From an uncultured Methanomicrobiaceae archaeon (GTDB lineage Archaea; Halobacteriota; Methanomicrobia; Methanomicrobiales; Methanoculleaceae): a stretch of 23,688 bases of DNA. A model generated the notes under the pieces. It was given only the letters and a program-made list of their open reading frames with translations, made no database searches and was not told where the DNA came from. The stretch's first letter is position 1; each line of letters begins with the position of its first letter. Location of the stretch: the NCBI GenBank assembly GCA_963826525.1, contig CAWGXH010000009.1, positions 1-23,688 on the forward strand, written 5' to 3'. Of this stretch, positions 7,877-16,339 are shown piece by piece. A program made the translations under genes and the position numbers.

Positions 7877-9035
7877 ATGAGGCAGAAAGAAACCCTGCGC
7901 TACGACCAGACGCTCTTCCGCGACCGCGACGTCTTCGAGTTCACCTACCTCCCGGACGAGATCTACCACCGCGACGCCCAGATCCGCGAACTCGCCCTCC
8001 TCGCCCGCCCGGCCGTCCGGGGCGGCAGCACGCGGAGCGCGATCCTCCGCGGCCCACGCGGAACCGGCAAGACCACCACCGTCCGCCGCCTCTTCGCCGA
8101 GATCGAGGAGACAACGCAGCAAGATCGTCCCGGTCTACGTCAACTGCCAGCAGCACCGGACGCAACACGGCGTCTTCGGGTGCATCTTCGAGAAGATCGT
8201 CGGCTACGCTCCTCCGTCGACCGGCAAGCACCTCGAGGACATCGTGCGGATAGCCGCCAAACGCCTCGGGGAACGGAACGCCGCGCTCCTCGTCTGCCTG
8301 GACGACGCCAACTACCTGCACGAAGCCCGGCAGCTCGAACGACCTCCTCTACCGGATCCTCCGCCTGTACGAGTCGTGGGATGTCCGCAAACCCGGCGTC
8401 TTCTCGGTCACGAGCGACCTATCCCTGAACCTCTACGCCGAGGTCGACGAGCGGGTCCGATCGGTCTTCCACCCGGCCGAGGTCTTCTTCCCGCCGTACA
8501 CGAAGTCGGAGATCCGGGAGATCCTGGACGGCCCGCATCCGGCAGGGGTTGTACCCGAACGTGGTGCCGAAGATGAACCTCAACCTCATCACGGATATCA
8601 CCGCCAAAGAGCAGGATATCCGGATCGGGATCGACCTCGTCCGGATAGCGGCCGAACGTGCGGAGAACGGACGGGCGCCGGACGGTCACCAGAGATGACG
8701 TGATGGCAGGCTCCCGGACGATCATCACGCCCGCCCTGCAGAAGCAGGCCGCGGACTTGAGCGAGAGCGAGCGTGCTCTGCTCTACCACATTGCAGAGAT
8801 GGCCCAGGACAGCGATGCGAAGATGACGTCGGGAGCGGTCATGGAGGCCGCGCCGGGGTATGTCGTGAACAGCAGGACAACCTACCACACGCGGCTGCGG
8901 CGGCTCGAGGAGGCGGGTCTCATCGACCTGCCGCTCCGCACCGACCGGGGACGGACACGGGAGATCCATCTCCGGTTCGCTCCCGAACAGGTGCTCGCCG
9001 TCTGCAAACAACGGGGAAAAACCAGTCCGGCATAA
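7877..9035 (+). CDS. cdc6: Orc1/Cdc6-type replication initiator (copy 1), about 4 frameshifts
   Basis: FRDRDVFEFTYLPDEIYHRDAQI, Walker A GPRGTGKT, PVYVNCQ, Walker B VCLDDANYL, VRSVFHPAEVFFPPYT, DIRIGIDL and a C-terminal wHTH; frame changes near 8120, 8337, 8532 and 8668. Confidence 0.9.
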
Positions 9036-9093
9036 TGCCTCTTTCCGATGGAGAATATCCGATCTGCCCCATCACCGGCAATGCTCACTTTTT

Positions 9094-9115
9094 CGGTTAA
9101 GTAACGGTTAAGTAA
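9094..9115. repeat. Perfect 11-bp tandem direct repeat CGGTTAAGTAA x2
   Basis: Copies at 9094-9104 and 9105-9115, in the intergenic gap after cdc6. Confidence 0.85.
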
Positions 9116-9204
9116 TCACCTGGTTTCACTACCGGCATACACCCCACAGATTTTTAAACCGCGTACCCCACGCTAAATTAAGCGGTGCACGAGAACCGAC
9201 GTCT

Positions 9205-9235
9205 CGTTTGCGGGGCACCGGTGCACCGCGAAACG
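9205..9235. repeat. Near-perfect palindrome centred on ACCGGT
   Basis: CGTTTGCGGGGCACCGGTGCACCGCGAAACG pairs with one mismatch and one bulge. Confidence 0.7.
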
Positions 9236-9252
9236 CAGCAGAGAGGTTACGC

Positions 9253-9513
9253 ATGAAACAAAAACCACGACTCGTAACCCAGGACGACATCGACGCCTTC
9301 GAGAAGCAGTATCCGCTGTATCGGGGCATCGGGAGACTGATGCTCCGCGAGGGTATCTGGATCCTGGTAGAATCGAAAAGAGAACACGAAGCAATCTGCG
9401 GCGGCAGCCAGGCACAACCAATTGTTCACAGCACCAGGGTGCACCGGGCCGCCAATGGTACTCGGCACTGCAACGATATAAGCATGTCCGCCCCGGGAGC
9501 GTGCCCGCGATGA
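9253..9513 (+). CDS. Small hypothetical protein, first gene of the replication operon
   Basis: GAGG RBS then ATG (MKQKPRLVTQDDIDAFEKQYP...); ATGA-coupled to the next ORF. Confidence 0.6.
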   Translation: MKQKPRLVTQDDIDAFEKQYPLYRGIGRLMLREGIWILVESKREHEAICGGSQAQPIVHSTRVHRAANGTRHCNDISMSAPGACPR

Positions 9514-9686
9514 GTCCCGGGGAACACACACCAAGCACGGTTCCGCTCTATCTCATCTCGCAGGTGGTGGCGACCGAAGTCGGCCGGCACGGCAGCGCAC
9601 TCCGGGAGATCCACATCCTCCGGACGGGCTGCCACTACTATACGGTCACCACCGTGGCCGGACAGGAGGCGGACGGGAATGAATGA
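9510..9686 (+). CDS. Small hypothetical protein
   Basis: 58 aa (MSPGEHTPSTVPLYLISQVV...); overlaps both neighbours. Confidence 0.55.
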   Translation: MSPGEHTPSTVPLYLISQVVATEVGRHGSALREIHILRTGCHYYTVTTVAGQEADGNE

Positions 9687-10020
9687 GCCGGGAACCATCT
9701 CCTACGGCGAGGGCGGGGTGCTCCACATCCACGTCGATGCCGAGCGCTACCGGATCGAGCCGGAGGACGTGAAGGGCCTGCTCTTCTCCGGCAGGGTGGT
9801 GCCGATCACCCAGACCTGCACGAAGAACCGGGGCGGCGACTACCTGATCTGCGAGGTCGCCATCGAGGGTCACGCCGCGATCAACCGTACCGGCAAAGCC
9901 GTGGCGCTCCACACCCGCGTCGGGTCGTACATCATCCCGCTCGTCAGCCTGCAGCGGGTCGCCCGTGGCGAGGCGGTCAGCGCCCCGCTCTTCCCCCTCA
10001 TGCCGGGGGTGACGGGATGA
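9679..10020 (+). CDS. Hypothetical protein
   Basis: 113 aa, GGAGG upstream, GC3-rich codons, ATGA overlap with the primase-helicase gene. Confidence 0.7.
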   Translation: MNEPGTISYGEGGVLHIHVDAERYRIEPEDVKGLLFSGRVVPITQTCTKNRGGDYLICEVAIEGHAAINRTGKAVALHTRVGSYIIPLVSLQRVARGEAVSAPLFPLMPGVTG

Positions 10021-12927
10021 CCGCCGATACTGCTCCGGGCCGTGCAGGTCATCGCCCCGGAGGGCGTGGTGGAGGTGCGGGCACTCGCCGAGAACGCCGT
10101 CCACTCCGGCTACTTCGACGACCGCACCGAGCTCGCCGCACGGGTGGAGGTGCTCGACGCCGATCCGGCGGTCGGCGGGATCTACGTCACCTTGAACCCC
10201 GTCAACCCGGCGCTCCTCTCCCGGCGGGCGAACCGGATCAAGATGCGGCTTTCGAAGAAAGACGCGACGACGGCCGACGCCGACATTGTGAGACGCCGGT
10301 GGCTGCCGGTCGATATCGACCCGGTCCGGCCGAGCGGGGTCTCGTCGACGGACGCAGAGCACGATCTCGCGCTCGCGACGGCCGAGCGGATCGCCGCCTG
10401 GCTCGCGGAGCAGGGGTTCCCGGCGCCGGTGCAGAGCCGACTCCGGGAACGGCGCCCACCTCCTCTACCGGATCGACCTCCCGAACGACGAGGTAGCGAC
10501 CGGGCTCGTGAAGGGCTGTCTCACGACCCTCGACGCCCTCTTCTCGAACGAGCAGGTCACCGTCGATACCGCGAACTACAACGCCGCCCGGATCTGGAAA
10601 CTCTACGGCACGGTCTCGCGGAAGGGCGACAACACGGCGGAGCGGCCGCACCGCAGGGCGAGGCTGCTCGCGGTTCCGGACGAGATCGCACAGTCGTTCC
10701 GCTGGAGCGGCTCACCCACCTCGCCGGGCTGCTCCCGAAGGAGGAGCCGCCGGCACCGAAGCGGGCGAACGGCACCGGTGCCGCGATCGACCTCGCGGCC
10801 TGGCTCCTCGACCATAAGATCGCCGTCCGGTCGACGCGGCCCTACCAGGGCGGCACACTCTACACCCTCGAGGACTGCCCGTTCTCCTCCGCCCACAAGG
10901 ACGGGGCCTTTGCGATCCAGTTCGCGAGCGGCGCGATCTTCGCCGGCTGCCACCACCAGAGCTGCGGCGGCGGGGCGCAGCGCTGGCCGGAGTCTCCGCG
11001 ACCGCTACCGGCCGAGGGAGAAGCGGGTGCAGAAGCAGGAGAAGAAGGAGCGGGAGAAGGAACAGGGGGAGACTCCGGACAGGAGCGCCCCTCCTCCCGC
11101 TCCGCAGCAGGACGAGTACCGGGAGAAGGCGCTCGCCATCCTGCAAGACGGCGACCCGCTCGGGTTCCTGCTCGAGACCTTCAACAAGAGCCACGTCGGC
11201 GACCGGATCGTCGCGGAGTGCCTGGCGATGTCGGTCGCCTCGCAGTCGGTGGCGAACACGAAAGGCCTGCACGTCGCGATCTCCGGCAACTCCGGCAAGG
11301 GCAAGAGCCACGCCTGCACGACGATGCTCGACCTCATCCCCGAGGCCTACAAAATGACCGGCACCGTCTCCAACAAGGCGCTCTACTACCCGACGACCTC
11401 CGGCCCGGGACGGTGATCCTCTTCGACGACACCACGCTCTCGGACGACCTGCAGGAGGTCCTGAAGTCCGCGACCTCCTCGTTCCACGACCCGATCGAGC
11501 ACCGGACGGTCACAGCCGACCGGCAGCTCCGGGTCTGTTCAGATCCCCGAGCGGTGCGTCTGGTGGCTCGCGAAGGTCGAGAACCCGGGCGACGACCAGG
11601 TGATGAACCGGATGCTGACGGTCTGGATCGACGACTCGGCCGAGCAGGACCGGGCGGTGCTCGAGCACCTCAAGCGGTCCGAGGCGAGCGAGCGCGAGGA
11701 GGAGACCGATCCGGATGTCCTGACCGCCCGGGCGCTCTGGTCAATCGTGAAGCAGCACCGGATCTCCGTCCGGATCCCCTTCGCCCGGCGGATCCAGTTC
11801 TCGAACGCCGCGAACCGCAGGAACCCCGCGATGCTCTTCGACCTGATCAAGTGCCATGCGGCGCTCCGGTTCCTGCAGCGTTCGCCGAAGGAGGTGAACG
11901 GCGTGATCGCTATCGAGGCGACCCGGCAGGACTTCGACGCGGCCGCCCGGCTCTACGGGGCGATCAACCGGGAGGGCGGCGGGCAGGAGTCGAAGATGAC
12001 CCGGAACGAGGCGGCGGCGCTCGCGACGATCGCCCGGATGGGCTGGGAGACGTTCACCGTCCGGATGCTGCAGCAGGTCACCGGGTTGTCGTATCACCAG
12101 GTGCGGCGGATCCTGCAGGGCTACTCGGCACGGGGGATGACCTACTGCGGCCTCCTCGAGAAGTGTCCGGCGCTCGGGGTGGTGGACGCGACGGTGATCG
12201 ACGAGAGCTCGGGGACGACCGTCCGCCGGCACGAGCATCACTTCCAGTTCGACATCGAGTGCTACCGGGAGTGGGTGGCGCAGCTCGCGGTCTGGCTGGA
12301 GGATGACGAGGCCGGGGAGGAGGACTCCCCGCCGCCTCCGGACGGGAGTTGTAACAGCCGGTTGCAAACAGGAGTGCAAGGGGGTGTGCAAAGGGGAGTG
12401 CAAAGAGATCGAGGGTGAGGGTTCGGGGCATTCTGACGAGGATTCGATGAACGGAGAAGATTCGGCAGAGATTGATCGCGACGGTCAGAGGTCGTTTGCA
12501 ACAATTTCCGGATCACACAGTTCACCCTGTTTGACTCCACCGGAAGATCAGCCTGATCGCGTGCACGACCGGAGCGAACCGTGTGTTTTCGGATCTGTTG
12601 CAAACGGAAAAATCGAAAATTGCGATTCGTCGATGAATCGAGCAATCCCCAAGTGCAGCGGAGAGTTCACAGACAAAAAGTGTTTGCACTCATGTTTGCA
12701 CACCCCTTTGCAACACCATGTACAACAGTGTTGCAACACCCGTCCGGCCGCTGCCCGGACTGCTCGACCACCGGACGTTCAAGCGGGTGTCCGTCGACCT
12801 CGGGCGGTGCACGATCTGCGACACCGCACGGGCGGCCTACCACTCACGCGAGGCACGGGCGAGTATCTGCCAGGGGTGCTATGCCCGGCTGGTGCGGGAG
12901 GGGAACGCGAGGGAGGGGGTGCGGTGA
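10017..12927 (+). CDS. Replication protein: AEP-like primase + Zn finger + AAA+ (MCM-like) helicase + wHTH + Cys-rich linker + C4 Zn finger; multiple frameshifts
   Basis: WLPVDID (DxD), ADSGNGAHLLYRI (sGxGxH), NAARIWKLYGT; CPFSSAH...CHHQSC; Walker A GNSGKGKS, Walker B VILFDD, MNRML; TGLSYHQVRRIL HTH; terminal CTIC...CQGC. Reconstructed across frame changes near 10029, 10436, 10690, 10990, 11390, 11540, 12357 and 12720; the last junction is uncertain. Confidence 0.75.
12350..12737. repeat. Two inverted arrays of 12-bp-periodic TGCAAA iteron-like motifs with internal dyad symmetry
   Basis: TGCAA(A/G) at 12363, 12375, 12387, 12399; TTTGCA at 12683, 12695, 12707 plus variants at 12719 and 12730; GTTTGCAAC at 12494 and GTTGCAAAC at 12597. 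Confidence 0.85.
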
Positions 12928-13193
12928 TCCCTGTTGATCCCCTGCAGGGGCCGGCGGTGGTGCTCGGGATGGCCGGGGCGGTGCTGGTGGCGTCGCGGTC
13001 TCCGGGCATCCGGCGGACGGGGTTCGGGTGCTGGATCGTGGGGAACCTGCTGTGGCTGCTGCACGGGATCCGGACCGCCGATCCGTATGTGAGCGTTCTC
13101 TTCGGGTTTTACGGGGTTACGGCGATCTGGGGATTGAAGAACTGCGTCGCATCGGGAACGCCTTGTGACCGGACTCAACCAGCCTCCAGCTAA
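12924..13193 (+). CDS. Small protein with about 3 transmembrane helices (PnuC/SemiSWEET-like topology)
   Basis: GTGA overlap with the rep gene; hydrophobic segments AVVLGMAGAVLVA, GFGCWIVGNLLWLLHG and VLFGFYGVTAIWGL. Confidence 0.65.
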   Translation: MIPVDPLQGPAVVLGMAGAVLVASRSPGIRRTGFGCWIVGNLLWLLHGIRTADPYVSVLFGFYGVTAIWGLKNCVASGTPCDRTQPASS

Positions 13194-13279
13194 CAGGAGA
13201 ATCCAGATCCCACTCCCCCGGTCTGCGGGAATAAATGCCAACCTTTTTGCCGGGCTGTTTTCCATATTCACTTGATACC

Positions 13280-13398
13280 ATGCCCGCCCCGCCCGCGATC
13301 GTCGATCTGGTCAAGCGTTTCGGCCAGTACATCTGCGAAGTATACGTCCCCGTCCTACAACGAGTTCCAGGTCAGGAAAGAGTTCATTGATCCCTTAT
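13280..13398 (+). pseudogene. Truncated N-terminus of a type IIG (Eco57I-like) R-M enzyme
   Basis: MPAPPAIVDLVKRFGQY-[shift]-KYTSPSYNEFQVRKEFIDPL matches the usual start of type IIG enzymes (LV.RF...YNE.Q.R.EFIDP); similarity ends abruptly after about 40 codons. Confidence 0.65.
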
Positions 13399-13588
13399 GT
13401 CCCTCTGGATGTCAGGACTCAAACCCTTTCAATTAAATCTCTCTTAGAACGCTCGATACATTTCGCCCCGCCCCGCTTGGTGTGGGGCTAGATGAGGAGC
13501 GAGATCTATTCTTCACGCTCTTTTTATCACAAAAGAGCAATTGTGAGCTCACGGAAACTTCACAACATTTAACTTATGCCAAAAGAGA

Positions 13589-16325
13589 ATGACCGATACT
13601 ACTATGGCCCGGCGAAAGGTAATCCCCGACACGAAACCAATCGAGCAGTACGATCACAAAGGCACCTGCCGGCTCAACAACCCCCCGATCGGCCTCGTCG
13701 ATGCAGAGACCGAACCGGAAGAGGGGACGATGACCTACTCTTACGATCCTCACCTCGACCCGCAGCTCGTCTGGGCGGGAAAGGCTGAACATACGTCGTT
13801 TGCGGTTCCGACGGTCTCCCTCCACGTCCACGAGCGGATCGACCCACGGACGATCATCCGGGCGGCCCGAGGCCAGGCCACCGAGAAGCGGCAGGCATCT
13901 CTCTTCGAGTTTTCGATCGAGAACCCGCCGCTCCGGGAGGCGGTGGAGTTCTACCGCCACAAACATAACTGGTCGAACCGCCTCGTCGCCGGAGACTCGC
14001 TCCTGGTCATGAACTCGCTCCTCGAGAAGGAGGGAATGGCCGGCAAAGTGCAGATGATCTACATCGACCCGCCCTATGGGATCCGGTACGGCTCGAACTT
14101 CCAGCCCTTTGTGAACAAGCGGGATGTGAAGGACGGCAAGGACGAGGACCTCACGCAGGAGCCGGAGACGATCAAGGCCTTCCGGGACACCTGGGAACTC
14201 GGGATACACTCGTATCTGTCGTATCTGCGGGATCGGTTGCTCCTCGCCCGGGAACTGCTTACTGAGAGCGGGAGCGTGTTTGTGCAGATATCAGACGAGA
14301 ACATACACCATGTGCGGGAGATCATGGATGAGGTGTTTGGGAAGGAGAACTTTTGCCGTACATCATTGTTTCAAAAACTAGCGGGCAAACAGATAAGCAT
14401 CTCGCAATAACTACTGATTTTTTATTGTGGTATTCAAAGGACGCGAATCAGGTCAAGTATCATCAATTATTCTGGGAAAAAAGGGGAGGTGAATCCGGGT
14501 CTCGTCCCTATCAGTTTATTGAAATGACCGATGGAACACGGAGACGGATGACACCTTCAGAATACCGGGGGTCAGACCCCTATTCCCGAGAACTCTAGAA
14601 TTTTTCGTTTAAGCGGCACTTCTTCAATGACACGCGGAGTCAATTTCCAGAATCATTTATATTTGAAGGAGTGGAATTTTTCCCCGAAAAAAGCAGAGGA
14701 TGGAGTACAACCCAAAGAGGCTTAGAAAGGTTGGCGCTATCAAATCGTCTTAGAATTTCAGGATCTACAATTGCATATGTGAGATTTCTTAAGATTTTCC
14801 CGTATATCCAATTGCTAATTATTGGCACGACACGGGAACAGGGAGATTCACCGATGAGAAAATTTATGTCGTACAGACTGGCGTAAAAATCCTCCAACGC
14901 TGCCTCCTGATGACCACCGACCCCGGCGACCTCATCCTCGACCCCACCTGTGGGTCAGGCACCACCGCCTTCGTCGCCGAGAAGTGGGGGCGCCGCTGGA
15001 TCACCTGCGACACCTCCCGCGTCGCTGTCACCCTCGCCAAACAGCGGCTCATGACCGCCGCCTTCGACTACTACGACCTCGCTCACCCGGAGCAGGGCGT
15101 CGGCAGCGGCTTTGTCTACGAAACCGTCCCGCACATTACCCTCAAATCCATCGCGAACAACCCCGAGATCGATGTCATCCACGAGAAGCACCAACCGAAG
15201 GTCGAGAAAGCCCTCGCCGAATCCTCAATGCCGCCGCTCACACTGAACTCAAAGAGTGGGAGGTGCCGTTCGATCCCGACCCCGCATGGCCGGAAGCGGC
15301 GGTGATACCCCACACACAATTCCTCGATGCCCGGCGGAAACTCCTGGCCGAGATCGACGCGAGCATCCAGCGGAACGCACCGCAGGAAACCCTCTACGAC
15401 CGGCCGCAGGTAGATAAGACGAAAGTCCGCGTCACCGGCCCCTTCACCGTCGAGGCCGTCCCTGCCCCAACCGTCAAACCGCTCGCCGAAGACCGGAAAG
15501 AACCGCTTTCGGCCGACGACTCCGCCGCCAGAACCGGCGAGTCCGTCCGGCAGGACGAGTGGCGAACGAGCTTTGAGCACCGGCATCCGCGGCAAGAGCG
15601 GTCAGCGGATCTGGCTTCGCCCACCTCGAACCCCTCGGCGGCACCCGGTGGCTCCATGCACGCGGCGAGACCCGGGAAGAAGTGCCGAAACAGGTCGCCG
15701 TCTCCTTCGGGCCGGAACATGCCGCCCTCGACACCCGGCAGGTCGAGATGGCAATCACGGAGGCCCGACGCTGGTTCCCCGCCCGGAGATCCTCGTCTTC
15801 GCCGCCTTCCAGTTCGACCCCGAGGCTGCCAAGGATATCGACGAAACCATCTGGTCCGGTGTCACCCTCCTCAAAGCCCAGATGAATCCGGACATCCAGA
15901 CCGACGACCTCAAGAAGAAACGCACCAGCAACGAGAGCTTCTGGCTCATCGGCCAGCCCGACATCAGCATCGAGCACCTCGACGGCGGCACCGTCCAGGT
16001 CGCCGTCAACGGTTTCGACTACTACGACACCCGCAAAGGCACCGTCGACGGCGGCGGCCCGGAGAAGATCGCCATGTGGATGCTCGACACGGATTACGAT
16101 GGCCGGAGCCTCTATCCCCGCCAGGTCTTCTTCCCCATGGCGGGCAAGAACGAAGGGTGGGCAAAACTTGCCAAGAATCTCAAAGCAGAGATTGACGAGG
16201 AGAAGATCGAGGCCTTCGGGGGGACGGTATCCCTGCCGTTCAAACCCGGCCGGAACCGCCGCATCGCCGTGAAGATCGTCGACGACCGCGGCATCGAGAG
16301 CGTCGTCGAGCGCGAGGTCGACTAG
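13589..16325 (+). CDS. mod: Type III-like R-M DNA methyltransferase (Mod, beta-class N6/N4 MTase), long form; frameshifted
   Basis: [19 protein letters not shown] (motif IV), [11 protein letters not shown], then a TRD, then [14 protein letters not shown] (motif I); C-terminal [12 protein letters not shown] and [12 protein letters not shown]. Confidence 0.9.
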
Positions 16326-16339
16326 GGAGGACGTAACCG

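Noticed and set aside
9036-9252. Canonical archaeal chromosomal origin (ORB elements) beside cdc6
   Set aside because: No TCCA-GTGGAAAC-like ORB with a G-string and no long AT-rich unwinding element was seen.
10042-12306. The 754-aa ORF as a real single protein
   Set aside because: It contains only parts of the true rep frame; long stretches are off-frame Arg/Gly/Pro-rich translation of GC-rich DNA.
12350-12737. CRISPR array or a metallothionein-like Cys-repeat domain
   Set aside because: The units are 12-bp periodic with no unique spacers and no cas genes are present. The repeats are inverted at DNA level and encode different peptides on each side.
13589-14340. Phase-variable simple sequence repeat in mod
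   Set aside because: No long homopolymer or short tandem tract was found in the 5' region; the longest is a C6 run.
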